Assembly: GCA_040217555.1 (NCBI GenBank)
Contig: JAVJPX010000017.1
Coordinates: 29,626-93,625, forward strand
From: Oceanicaulis sp.
GTDB taxonomy: Bacteria; Pseudomonadota; Alphaproteobacteria; Caulobacterales; Maricaulaceae
Direction of reading: 5' to 3'
DNA: 64,000 bases
The translations under genes and the position numbers were made by a program. This document shows positions 37,013-46,178 of this stretch, one piece after another; positions within the stretch are counted from its first letter, which is position 1, and each line of letters opens with the position of its first letter. The notes beneath the pieces were generated by a model, which saw only the letters and a program-made list of their open reading frames with translations, was not told the DNA's origin and did not search any database.

Positions 37013-37737
37013 CACAGATCAACCTTTGTGCTATTAATAAATCGATCATACACCGCCTGCGCGAATGATCGAGTCATAGCTCCATCAACCTTCTCGTCCA
37101 GCCAACCTCATTGGCCGTCTTCGTTGCATTCTAGAAACCACCAGGCGCCCTGCGAGTCGACTATGAAGTCGAAGCTTCCATAAAACAGGCCGAACGCCGC
37201 CAGAAAGCAGTCTATCCGCTCCATGATCGCAGGCGGCGTATCGCAAGGCTGGAAGTCGAGAAATCCAGATCCGTAACGCCAATCGACCTGGGTGTAAGGG
37301 TAGCTTTGGGAGGTAATCTGGAATGCGAAACATGCGCCGCGATGAGCAAAGACCCTGACCTCGTGGTCTTTGATGATGCGCTTTTGAAAGAAATGAGGTG
37401 CAGCCGCGATGTCCGTGTCGGCCGCGTCGCGCACTTCGGTGGGCTCACAGCTCATGGTCATGATAACCTGATCCTCCACGCCAGACTGTTCCTTAAATCT
37501 GACGCGCTGGCCTGCAAGTGATTTGACTATCATTGACCCCTGACGCTCAGCGAAGGTGATTGCTTCTGACCGTGAAGACGTCACGAGCGAGGCCGGCGTC
37601 GCGAATCCAAGCCCGGCGGCCACGACCCGCTGATGCGGTTTTGACATGCGCCACTTGGCAACCGGACTGTTGATGAATTGCTCCGGATAAAGGGCTCCAA
37701 GTAGGAGAAACGCCGACTTCCATTCCATTTCACGCAC
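37012..37737 (-). pseudogene. ATP-grasp family gene remnant: N-terminally truncated, with an in-frame TGA (37108-37110)
   Basis: ATP-grasp-like body (MIVKSLAGQ..., HFFQKRIIKDHEVRVFA, YGSFDFIVDSQGAWWFLECNEDGQ*GW). The frame stays open 31 codons past the TGA and ends in a TGATG junction with the next ORF. The first ~95 aa expected for this fold are absent. Confidence 0.6.
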
Positions 37738-37756
37738 TGAGTGTCGGCGATGGCGC

Positions 37757-37781
37757 CGGCTCGACGCTGGGATTGTTCTAG
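37757..37781 (+). repeat. Direct repeat copy B (cggctcgacgctgggattgttctag)
   Basis: In frame it would encode ...GDGAGSTLGLF*, mirroring the C-terminus GGGGGSTLGLF* of the 915-aa protein. It is not attached to any ORF. Confidence 0.9.
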
Positions 37782-37838
37782 CGGCCGGTCCCGCAATAGT
37801 CTTGGGCTTCCCGAGCCCGTCGACACCGCAGGGGAGCA

Positions 37839-38237
37839 GTGATGACCCAAGAAAAGACCCGTCCGTACATTCTCGGCGAGGCGTTCGCTAATTTGATCGA
37901 CTCCGGCGGGGTCCTTGCCGTTCCGATAGACGAGCGCTTCTGGGGCGCCGGCGTTGCGCAGCTGCCGCCGGGGCGCCTCGTCAGCCTGTTCGACACCGCC
38001 GCCGACTGGACTGTCTGGGAAATGCATCCGGAAGGCGACGAATTCATTTTCGCCGTTTCCGGAGACTTCATTTGCCATTTCGAGCAGGCCGAGGACAGCT
38101 GGTCGCAGGCCCTTTCCGGCGGCCAGTTCGTGATCGTGCCACGCGGCGCGTGGCACACGGTCGACGTCGCCGAGCCCGGCCGGTGCCTGTTTATCACCGA
38201 CGGCGAGGGCACCCAGCACCGCGAGCGCGAAAGCTGA
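37839..38237 (+). CDS. Cupin domain protein
   Basis: 132 aa. WEMHPEGDEFIFAVSG...VIVPRGAWHTV is a cupin motif 1/2 pattern. Confidence 0.75.
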   Translation: MMTQEKTRPYILGEAFANLIDSGGVLAVPIDERFWGAGVAQLPPGRLVSLFDTAADWTVWEMHPEGDEFIFAVSGDFICHFEQAEDSWSQALSGGQFVIVPRGAWHTVDVAEPGRCLFITDGEGTQHRERES

Positions 38238-38384
38238 GGGCGTGTCTGTTTCTTTTCAGGGCGAGGCTGTCGAATTCGACGTGAGCCGGTGGCTTCAGCG
38301 CTCCAGGTCTCAGGGCCTCGGTGGCAGATGCCGCCGACTGCGACAGCGTTGTCGTCAGCGAGGGGGACAGGGGCGCGACGCCAA

Positions 38385-38420
38385 CGAAAACCGCCCCTCC
38401 CGCTTTTCGGAAGGGGCGGC
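38385..38420 (-). terminator. Rho-independent terminator downstream of the metalloprotease gene
   Basis: On the - strand: GCCGCCCCTTCC-gaaaagcg-GGAGGGGCGG followed by TTTTCGTTGG. Confidence 0.6.
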
Positions 38421-38446
38421 TTCGTGTTCAGGCTTGTTGAGTGCGT

Positions 38447-41047
38447 CTAGCCTTCAAACGCCTTGATCAGCGCGCGAAGGTGGGCGCGGTGGGCGCGCGC
38501 TTCACGCGATCCCAAGAGGTCGGGCATCCAGTCGGGGCCCACCCAGCCTTTGATGTCGTTGATCGAGGCCAGAGCGGCCGACCGTGCGAACGGCGCGTAG
38601 CCGCTGGACGGGCTGGCGATGGAGGCCAGCTCCTGCAGATAGCCGATCTGCAGGTTCTGCCGGTAGGTGTTCGGCTCCCCGCGCACGTCGGCCGCGTACA
38701 CGATCTCGGTGAGATCCTGAAGGTATTCAGCCGGCGCGTACTCGCCGCCATAGCGCGACGTGTCGCCCAGGCGGTTGAGCACATTGGGATGCAGCAGATG
38801 GGCCATGATGGCCATTTGCTGGGCGTAGGCGCGTGCGTGCAGGGACGGGTCCTCATCGGTCGGGAAGTGATCGAAGAAGCGCCGCTGACGCTGCAGGCGG
38901 TCGGCGAAGGCCTCCTCTGCGGTGAAGGCGTCCGGCCCGAACACTGCGGCGTCGAGAACCTCCAGCGCCTGCTCCTGCTTGTCGCGCGGGACCGGCACGA
39001 AGGGCGTCTGCGCGCCCTCCTGACCGATCACGGCGCGGTTGTTGTAGATCCCGCCCACATGGCGGCTCGCCACATTGGCCGCGCCGAAGCGCTGACCGGA
39101 CAGGATCAGATAGCTGGTGAGCAGGGTCTGGTAGGTTTCACCGTCCTCCACCGCCGTCTCGGGCAGGGCGGCGATGGTCTGGTTGATGAGATCCACGCGC
39201 CCCTGGGCCCAGCTGACCGGATCGTCGGAGAGGTCGTTGATCATCACACGCGGGTCGATATGGCGGCCCGGCGCGCGCATGTCGTCAGCGTCATTGCCCA
39301 GGAACAGCTCACGCTCGGTGGAGCGCGCCAGGAGCTGCGGCAGTCCCGCATCGTCCTGGGTGTAGCCGTACTGGATCGCCCAGATGTCGTAGGCGCCGGG
39401 GATTTCCTGGGAATACTGAACGGTATCGCTCAGCTCCGCCGGCAGGTTCAGCGCCGGATAGTCCATGATGGAGTGGGTGACGGTCTCACCACTGGCCAGC
39501 GCCTCGAGGCTGACGCCCGAGCTGGCGCCCATATTGTGCATCAGGCCCAGCGTGTGGCCGATCTCGTGAATAACGAGATAGTGCAGGGACTGACGGATCA
39601 GCTCGTCCATCTCCACCGTGCTGGCGCCCTGGGCGCGCAGCGTCGCCAGACCGGCCTGGGTTTCAAACTGAAGATGTTCGGCGAAATTGCACATGGCGCC
39701 GTTTTCGTGGTCGTGCTCGAACATGTGCTGCGGTTCGCCGGTGAGTTCGGCCATCTGGTCGGCCGGCAGCCAGGCGGACAGGCCCGCCACGTCGAACAGC
39801 TCCGAATAACGGATGCGGTTCGTCAGGAAGACGTATTCCAGCATGATGTCCGCACCGATGATCTCGCCGGTGCGCGGATTGGTGAAGCTCGGCCCGTAGC
39901 CGCCAAACGGCGGGGTGGGCGAGGAGGTCCAGCGCAGCACGTTGTAGCGGATGTCGCCGGCGTCCCAGTCGGCGTCGTCGGGCTGCACGCGCACTTCGAC
40001 CGCATTGGAGAACCCGGCCGCTTCAAACGCCTGGTTCCAGGTCAGGGCGGCGTCGCGAATGGTGTCGCGAAGCTCCACGGGCGTTGTGTTTTCAATCCAC
40101 CACACGATCGGCTCCACCGGATCGGAAACTTCCGCGTCCGGGTCCTGCTTCACCAGGCGCCAGCGATTGATCACGTCGTCATAGGGGGTGATCGTGGTGT
40201 CGGTGAGATTGGTCACACGCTGGCCGAAATAGCCGACGCGGAAATCATCGGCGCGCGGCTCGAACCCGTCTTCGGGCATGGCCACGAAGGAGTGCTGCAG
40301 TAGCACCGCCACCGAACGCGCGTCGGTGATCTCGGGCCCGCCGCGATTGCTCGGGCTGCTCTCCTGGTAGACATACTCCACCACCACGTCGGTGTTCTCG
40401 GGATAGGAGCGCACATCGGTGATGCGGGTCTGGCCCGACTGCAGCCGGCCCAGGCCGAACGCGTCTTCAGCGCCGGGACCGCGCGGCGCGGTCGGCTTGA
40501 TCTGGTGCAGATCCTCGCCTTTGAGAAGATCGCCGACATTGATCAGATAGCGCGCCGGGGTCGCCTCTTCGCCTTCGCCCGATGCGGGCGTCTCCGCCTC
40601 GATATCCAGAAGGGCCAGCGGGGCGCGGGTGATGTTGGCTTCCGAAGCCCGCGACAGGGCGTTGTCTTCGTCAAAGGAGAAGCTGGTGTTCTGCGCCGCG
40701 ATCTCGATCTCGCCATAGCGCTTGGTGAAGGTCAGCACTTCATTGGCGCGGAACTGGCCGCGGAAATGGCCGACGCGCGGGGCGCCGTTCTCGGTGTAGG
40801 TGAAATAGATCACCTCGTCGCCGAGCTGGTCCTCGCTGATCTCCATAAAGAGATCGCCGTCTTCGGGATTGCGGTAGAGGGTGAAGAAGCCCTCAACCGC
40901 ATCGAAATCCTCCACAAAGGTTTCGATCGTTTCCTCGGCTTCGTCTTCGTCCTCGTCTTCGCTGTCGTCGTCCTGCGCGAACGCGGGCGATCCGACCAGT
41001 GCGGCCGCCAACAGCGCCGCAAACCAGCGGCTGCGATATTGCGTCAT
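38447..41047 (-). CDS. Secreted zinc-dependent metalloprotease (HExxH, DUF4953/DUF5117-type)
   Basis: Signal peptide MTQYRSRWFAALLAAALVGSPAFAQ, acidic linker DDDSEDEDEDEAEE, and zinc site VIHEIGHTLGLMHN. Confidence 0.88.
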   Translation of the reverse strand: MTQYRSRWFAALLAAALVGSPAFAQDDDSEDEDEDEAEETIETFVEDFDAVEGFFTLYRNPEDGDLFMEISEDQLGDEVIYFTYTENGAPRVGHFRGQFRANEVLTFTKRYGEIEIAAQNTSFSFDEDNALSRASEANITRAPLALLDIEAETPASGEGEEATPARYLINVGDLLKGEDLHQIKPTAPRGPGAEDAFGLGRLQSGQTRITDVRSYPENTDVVVEYVYQESSPSNRGGPEITDARSVAVLLQHSFVAMPEDGFEPRADDFRVGYFGQRVTNLTDTTITPYDDVINRWRLVKQDPDAEVSDPVEPIVWWIENTTPVELRDTIRDAALTWNQAFEAAGFSNAVEVRVQPDDADWDAGDIRYNVLRWTSSPTPPFGGYGPSFTNPRTGEIIGADIMLEYVFLTNRIRYSELFDVAGLSAWLPADQMAELTGEPQHMFEHDHENGAMCNFAEHLQFETQAGLATLRAQGASTVEMDELIRQSLHYLVIHEIGHTLGLMHNMGASSGVSLEALASGETVTHSIMDYPALNLPAELSDTVQYSQEIPGAYDIWAIQYGYTQDDAGLPQLLARSTERELFLGNDADDMRAPGRHIDPRVMINDLSDDPVSWAQGRVDLINQTIAALPETAVEDGETYQTLLTSYLILSGQRFGAANVASRHVGGIYNNRAVIGQEGAQTPFVPVPRDKQEQALEVLDAAVFGPDAFTAEEAFADRLQRQRRFFDHFPTDEDPSLHARAYAQQMAIMAHLLHPNVLNRLGDTSRYGGEYAPAEYLQDLTEIVYAADVRGEPNTYRQNLQIGYLQELASIASPSSGYAPFARSAALASINDIKGWVGPDWMPDLLGSREARAHRAHLRALIKAFEG

Positions 41048-41257
41048 GGGTTTGCTCCCCTCCCAAACATACTCATTCAATCTAGGGCGAGGTGGGCGCT
41101 TCGGCCAAGCCCTTGAGGGGTTACGATTTGGTCACAAAGCAGCACCTGTCACCTTTTATGCACAGGTCGAGGCGGCGCCGGGCTGGCTGACCTCAGGTCT
41201 TTTGTTCTATAAATGTTCTCAATGTCGATTTCCCTTAACCCAACCGAGGCGGCCCGC

Positions 41258-41473
41258 ATGAGCGACCACGACAGCGATCTGCGCGACGCCCTGGCCTACG
41301 CGCTGTGGCGCTCGCCCTGGCGGACACGGCTGGGCGGGCTGGACGCCTGCCGTCTGGCGGCCGGCGATCTGGTGCGGCATTTGCGCCGGGCCGGCTATCA
41401 GGTCACGTCCGGCGAGCCGCTGACGCCCCATGGCGGACTTGGCCGCGGTCACGAGCCGGACAAGACCGGCTAA
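41258..41473 (+). CDS. Small hypothetical protein (71 aa)
   Basis: ORF only, with plausible composition (MSDHDSDLRDALAYALWRSPW...). No family recognised. Confidence 0.3.
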   Translation: MSDHDSDLRDALAYALWRSPWRTRLGGLDACRLAAGDLVRHLRRAGYQVTSGEPLTPHGGLGRGHEPDKTG

Positions 41474-41497
41474 TCCTGCGTCTCCGGCCCTGCGTCC

Positions 41498-42160
41498 CTA
41501 GTCTTCCGCCCACTGGCGCAGCAGATTGGTGCGCGTCTTCATCAGCCGGTCCACCTCCGCACTCTTGCCGTCGCGGGCGTGCAGCGCGCTGATGGTGAGC
41601 GACAGATCAAACAGGATGTCGCGCTGATCGGCCCGGCGCACAAAGCTGCGCACCCAGCCCACCACCGCCAGACGCTCGCCGCCGATCACCGGCTTGACCT
41701 GGTGCAGCGCGCCGGTGGGATAGAGCACTGCGTCGCCCGCCGACAGCTTGATCCCGGTCTCGCCCGAGGAATCCTGCAGCGCCAGCTCGCCGCCCTCATA
41801 GCTTTCAGGGTCGGCCACAAAGAGCGTGAACGACAGATCGCTGCGCGCACCGCCCATGATCGCGTCGTCCACGTGCAGCCCGTAGGCCTCGCCGGGGCCG
41901 TACAGGCTGATCAGCGTGCGCAGAATACGCGTGGGCTGGGCGGCGGCCTGAAACACGCCATGGCGGTTCAGCGCAGCTTCGCACAAGCGCCGGACCGCGT
42001 CGGCCTTCGGGCCCGGCGCCATCTGGCGGTTAGCCTTCACTGCGCGCGCTGCGGCGCCGGCTGTGGAGGCGCCGTCGATGAAGGCTGACCGGTCCGCCGT
42101 CAGATCGCGGATCGTGGCTAGATCCTCGGCGTTCAGGACTTCGGCGAGGCGATGGAGCAT
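41498..42160 (-). CDS. Fe(II)-dependent PKHD-type hydroxylase (PiuC/YbiX family)
   Basis: YGLHVDDAI (His-x-Asp), SDLSFTLFVADPESYEGGEL, LYPTGALHQVKPV and RLAVVGWVRS are characteristic of the family. Confidence 0.88.
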   Translation of the reverse strand: MLHRLAEVLNAEDLATIRDLTADRSAFIDGASTAGAAARAVKANRQMAPGPKADAVRRLCEAALNRHGVFQAAAQPTRILRTLISLYGPGEAYGLHVDDAIMGGARSDLSFTLFVADPESYEGGELALQDSSGETGIKLSAGDAVLYPTGALHQVKPVIGGERLAVVGWVRSFVRRADQRDILFDLSLTISALHARDGKSAEVDRLMKTRTNLLRQWAED

Positions 42161-42230
42161 TGCGAGCCCTTCTTGCGATTAAGTCTCAGACGCGCTAGCA
42201 CACGGGCGACACCATGCAAAGGACAACCCG

Positions 42231-43124
42231 ATGGCCATCCGCAAATCGCCGCTGATCTGGACCGCAAGCCTGGCCGCGATCGCAGCCGGCTCGCTGAGCG
42301 CCTGCGGTGAGCCCGCCGGCCAGGACCGCGCGGCGGCCGAAACCGCGCAAGGCGCCGAAGATGAAGAGTACGGCGCCTCTGAAGCCGAGCCCGCGCCGGC
42401 AGATGAAGGCGGAGAGGCTGGAGAGGGCGGCGAGGGTGGCGGCGAGGGGGGCATTGATGCGTCCGTCGCGGCGGATGACCCGGTGGTTTATATCTCTGCG
42501 ATCGAGGTGATGCGCGCCCACTACCTGGCGGGGCTTGCGGCCCTGCAGGCGGGCGAGCGCCAGGCCGCCTCGGCGATGTTCTCCCACCCCGTGTCTGAAA
42601 TCTACGTGGATTTCGAGCCGGTGGCCCTGGAGCGCGGCGCGCCCTCCATGATGGAGGAAATGAACCGGGCCGCGGTTCTGCACTTCCAGGACGCCTCCGA
42701 CGACGAAATCCGCGCGGCGGTGCAGGAAGTCCTGCGCCTTCTGGACGAAACCGAGGCCGCTGCGCCGGCGCCGCGCACCAGCCAGGCCCAGGTGGACGGC
42801 GAGGTGATTCTGGATCTGGCCGACCGCGCGGCCCTGCAATACGGCTTCGCCAGCGCTGCGGATTTCGCCGGCGAGTCCTGGCTGGACGCCTATGGCTTCA
42901 ACGCCGCCGTCCAGTTTTACGCTCGGCGCAAGGCTGACGGACTGATGGAGACCATGCCTGCGATCGGCGCTCCGCTGTCCGACCTTCTGGTGACGCTGGA
43001 AACCGCGCTGGGCGATTTTGACGGTCCCGGCGAGTCCGCCCCGTCGCCGGAGGCGCTCGCGGCCTCGGTACGGGCCTATCGCAATGCGATCCTGCCCGAA
43101 GGCGACGAGGCGACGGCGCCCTAA
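42231..43124 (+). CDS. Hypothetical lipoprotein with acidic low-complexity linker
   Basis: Lipobox AAGSLSAC, then EDEEYGASEAEPAPADEGGEAGEGGEGGGEGG and a helical body. The opposite-strand 371-aa ORF is Arg/Gly-rich shadow. Confidence 0.65.
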   Translation: MAIRKSPLIWTASLAAIAAGSLSACGEPAGQDRAAAETAQGAEDEEYGASEAEPAPADEGGEAGEGGEGGGEGGIDASVAADDPVVYISAIEVMRAHYLAGLAALQAGERQAASAMFSHPVSEIYVDFEPVALERGAPSMMEEMNRAAVLHFQDASDDEIRAAVQEVLRLLDETEAAAPAPRTSQAQVDGEVILDLADRAALQYGFASAADFAGESWLDAYGFNAAVQFYARRKADGLMETMPAIGAPLSDLLVTLETALGDFDGPGESAPSPEALAASVRAYRNAILPEGDEATAP

Positions 43125-43723
43125 GGCTGGTATTCGCTGACCGATCGTACGATCAGGGTGTAGGCCGCCGCCGCAAGTTCGGTGTCGACGCGCTCGATCT
43201 CCATGCGGCCCTCCACCCAGACCGGCTCCCACAGGGAGCTGTACTCGATGGGATCGGGGCTTCTCAAATAGACGATCTGGTTCGGCGGCGGCGGCGGATA
43301 GTGCACGCAAGCGCCGTGATAGGGCAGCAGCAGAAATTCGCGCGCCGAGCCTTGCTGGGCGTAATCCAGCGGCAGGATATAGCCGGGCATGCGCACCACC
43401 GCGCCGGCCAGATCCTCCACCACGTTGAACGTTCCGATCTGGTTCTCCACCGGGCTGGAGCCGGTGAAGCGGCTCATGAGCGAGGGATCCGCCCGGCCTT
43501 CGTTCAGCGCTTCCAGCGCATCAAGCTCGTCATCGGGCATCAGGTCACGCCAGCTGATCTGCTCGGCCTCGATGGAGGGATCCACGCGCTCCAGGCCGGT
43601 GTCGACGCCCTGCGTCTCGGGAGCGGCCCCGCGCCCGCATGCGGCGAAGCTTAACGCCAGGCCGGCGGTGAGCAACAGGTATAGCGGGGTGAGGCGCGAA
43701 GGGGCGATCACAGGGGCGGTCAC
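43121..43723 (-). CDS. DUF3299 domain lipoprotein
   Basis: Lipobox LSFAAC. VRMPGYILPLDYAQQGSAREFLLLPYHGACVHYPPPPPNQIVYL matches the DUF3299 core. Confidence 0.8.
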   Translation of the reverse strand: MTAPVIAPSRLTPLYLLLTAGLALSFAACGRGAAPETQGVDTGLERVDPSIEAEQISWRDLMPDDELDALEALNEGRADPSLMSRFTGSSPVENQIGTFNVVEDLAGAVVRMPGYILPLDYAQQGSAREFLLLPYHGACVHYPPPPPNQIVYLRSPDPIEYSSLWEPVWVEGRMEIERVDTELAAAAYTLIVRSVSEYQP

Positions 43724-43896
43724 GGGGGCGTCTCCACAGGACGGAACGGCGAACGGGCTGAAAATTCGGTCTTTCCAACAATGGGAAGGGCGAGGCGTTG
43801 CGACAAGGTGAACGGCGCGTCCACCGCGTTTTAAGACCTGTGTGCCAAGTTGACCCCATAGAACCGCAGAAAAGCGGTCAGCGATATGGGTGTGTA

Positions 43897-45726
43897 ATGG
43901 GGTTCAAGACAGACGAAGGCGCAGCCGTCGCGGCAGAAACGCGCCGGACAAAGCGGCTGCTTGTGGCGCGCAGCGCACTGCGCGCAGTTCCGCTGAACAT
44001 CATAAACGCAGTGCTGTTGAGCTTTTTGTTCATCGGCCATGTGGACATGGTGATGCACGCGGCCTGGTTTGTGGTGCTCAGCTTTGCGGCGCTGCTGCGC
44101 CTCGGCGCCATGTGGCGCGCTCACAAGGAAGACCGGGTGCCCACCGACCGCGAAATCACCGGCTATATCGTGATGTCCGGCGTGGTGGGCGTGTGCTGGG
44201 GTCTGACGCCGTTCCTGCTTGGCCCGAACGCGCCCGTGATCGCCAGCAACGCCGTGGCGATGGTGATCGCCGGCATGGCCGCCGGCGCCGCCATGACGAG
44301 CGCGGCCGAACACCGTGTCGTGCTGGCCTATACGATTCCTGCGCTGGGGCTGTGGGGTCTCTCGCTGGCCCTCACCGGCACCTGGGAAGGGCTTCTTGTG
44401 GCGGCGCTGCTTGTGGGCTTCTTCCTGGCGATGAATTCGCTGACCATGACCTACGCCTCCACGCTGAGCGACGCCGTGAAGGCCAATGTCGAACTGGACG
44501 AGGCGCGCCGCCACACCGAGGCGCAGGCCGCGGCCATGTCGAGGCTCGCTGACCATAACGATCAGGCCGCCCGCAAGGCCGAGGAGCAGGCCCGCGCCAG
44601 CGCCGCCCTTCTGGCCAATATGAGCCATGAGCTGCGTTCGCCGCTGAACGGCGTGATGGGCATGGCCCAGCTGCTGGAGGAATCCGCGGCCGGCGCCGAT
44701 CAGCGCCGCATGGCTCTGCGCATCCGCGAATCCGGCGAGCAGCTCAACCGTCTGCTCACCGACGTGCTGGACGTCTCGCGCATCGAGGCCGGCCGCCTGG
44801 AGCTTGAGCTGGAGGACGTGACGGCCCGTTCGCTGGCCGACCGCGCACGCGCGCAGTTCGAGCCGGCCGCTTCGGCCAAGGGGCTCGCCTTTGAGGTTCA
44901 GATCGCCGGCGAGGCCGACATGGCGCTGCGCGCCGACGGCGACCGGATGATGCAGCTTGTGCGCATCCTGCTGGCTAACGCAGTGCGCTTCACCGACACC
45001 GGCGGCGTAGTCGCCACGGTCACCACGCGCACCCATGACAACGGCTCCGCGCGCCTGCGTTTTCAGGTGCGCGACACCGGCCGCGGCGTGCCTGAATCCG
45101 CGCGCAGCCACCTGTTCGACGCCCTGGCGTCCGACAAGATGGACAGCGCGATCCGTGAGGCCGGCACCGGGCTCGGCCTGCATCTGTGCAAGCGTCTGGC
45201 CGGGCTGATGGACGGCGAGGTGGGCTACAAGCCCGCCGGGTCCGGCTCTACGTTCTGGTTCGAAGTGGGGCTCAAGCCTTCGCGCCGTATCGACAAATAC
45301 GCGGACGGCGAACAGCTCACCGTGGACGCGCGGCGCCTGCGCATGCTGGTGGCCGAAACCGATCCGGCGCGGCGTTCTGTGCTGCTGGGCTATCTCAAAT
45401 CGTTCAATTGCGTCGTCACCTGCGCCGCTTCTAGCGGTGAAATGGTCGAAGCTCTGGGCGCTGCGGCCTATGACGCGGTGGTTCTGGGTCTGGCTCTGGA
45501 CGACGGCGACACCGAGGACGCGGCTTCTGAGATCCGGGCTCTGGCCTCCACAGCGGCGATGACCCCCGTGGTGCGCTTGTCGCGCGATCTTGATACGCCG
45601 GTGCGGGCGGGCGCCATGGAGACGCTGGTGCGCGCGCCGGTGGCGGCCGAAGCTCTGCTGGAGGCGCTCAACACCGCGCTGAAAGGCGACGCCGCAGCCC
45701 AGGCCAATCTGCGCCGTATCGCTTGA
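43897..45726 (+). CDS. Hybrid sensor histidine kinase with multi-TM sensor and degenerate C-terminal receiver
   Basis: About 6 TM segments, H-box ANMSHELRSPLNG, HATPase N/G boxes (LANAVRFT, GTGLGLHLCKRL), and a receiver-like tail (45339-45723). Confidence 0.88.
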   Translation: MGFKTDEGAAVAAETRRTKRLLVARSALRAVPLNIINAVLLSFLFIGHVDMVMHAAWFVVLSFAALLRLGAMWRAHKEDRVPTDREITGYIVMSGVVGVCWGLTPFLLGPNAPVIASNAVAMVIAGMAAGAAMTSAAEHRVVLAYTIPALGLWGLSLALTGTWEGLLVAALLVGFFLAMNSLTMTYASTLSDAVKANVELDEARRHTEAQAAAMSRLADHNDQAARKAEEQARASAALLANMSHELRSPLNGVMGMAQLLEESAAGADQRRMALRIRESGEQLNRLLTDVLDVSRIEAGRLELELEDVTARSLADRARAQFEPAASAKGLAFEVQIAGEADMALRADGDRMMQLVRILLANAVRFTDTGGVVATVTTRTHDNGSARLRFQVRDTGRGVPESARSHLFDALASDKMDSAIREAGTGLGLHLCKRLAGLMDGEVGYKPAGSGSTFWFEVGLKPSRRIDKYADGEQLTVDARRLRMLVAETDPARRSVLLGYLKSFNCVVTCAASSGEMVEALGAAAYDAVVLGLALDDGDTEDAASEIRALASTAAMTPVVRLSRDLDTPVRAGAMETLVRAPVAAEALLEALNTALKGDAAAQANLRRIA

Positions 45727-45796
45727 GGCGCATCCGCGAACGCCGGTTTTGAATCCCTCGCAATCGAGGATCGACGCGCTGTGCCCTAGGCGCCGC

Positions 45797-46129
45797 TTAG
45801 CGCGGTCCCGGCGTCTCGCCGGCGACCCAGGCGGCGAAGGCGGGCGATGTGCCTGCGTCCTCTACGCCCAGCTGAACGATGGCCGGCTCGTCATAGGGGT
45901 GCAGGACCAGGAGCCGGTCGCGGACGGCCTGCGCCTGGCCCGCGCCGGTCTTGAACAGCACCACGGTTTCAGCCTCGCGGCAGGTTTCGCCCCTCCAGCG
46001 GAAGATGGAGCGCGCGGTTCCCAGGACGTTGGCGCACGCGATAAGCCGCTCGTCCAGAAGCGTTTCGGCGGCGGCGGCCGCGCTCTCCTCGTCCGGCCAG
46101 GTGGTGTAGAGGATCGCCATGTCGCTCAT
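45797..46129 (-). CDS. cutA: Divalent-cation tolerance protein CutA
   Basis: 110 aa. LIACANVLGTARSIFRWRGE...E..VLFKT...HPYDEPAIV is the CutA signature. Confidence 0.9.
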   Translation of the reverse strand: MSDMAILYTTWPDEESAAAAAETLLDERLIACANVLGTARSIFRWRGETCREAETVVLFKTGAGQAQAVRDRLLVLHPYDEPAIVQLGVEDAGTSPAFAAWVAGETPGPR

Positions 46130-46178
46130 CGCCTTGCACTCCTTGCATCTCGGCGTTCAAGAGCGGATATAGCCCGCC

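Noticed and set aside
37108-37110. TGA as selenocysteine
   Set aside because: No SECIS-like hairpin follows the codon. The position is more plausibly a Trp of the ATP-grasp N-x-x-G-x-W motif (TGG to TGA).
38242-38466. 74-aa ORF between the cupin and metalloprotease genes
   Set aside because: It is Arg/Gly/Cys-rich, overlaps the metalloprotease terminator hairpin and stop, and has no start context.
38441-40303. 620-aa ORF on the + strand
   Set aside because: It is a shadow of the metalloprotease gene. The - strand product has a signal peptide and an HEIGHTLGL zinc site, whereas the + strand product is Gly/Arg/His/Val-rich with no motifs.
43831-45183. 450-aa - strand ORF, plus similar long antisense ORFs at 9479-10675, 21551-22672, 23565-24545, 33555-34748, 42195-43310 and 57034-58137
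   Set aside because: All lie opposite genes with recognisable family motifs and show Arg/Gly/His-rich shadow composition.
46130-46178. preQ1 riboswitch upstream of queC
   Set aside because: The spacer is only 49 bp, is shared with divergent cutA, and shows no preQ1-type hairpin plus A-rich tail.
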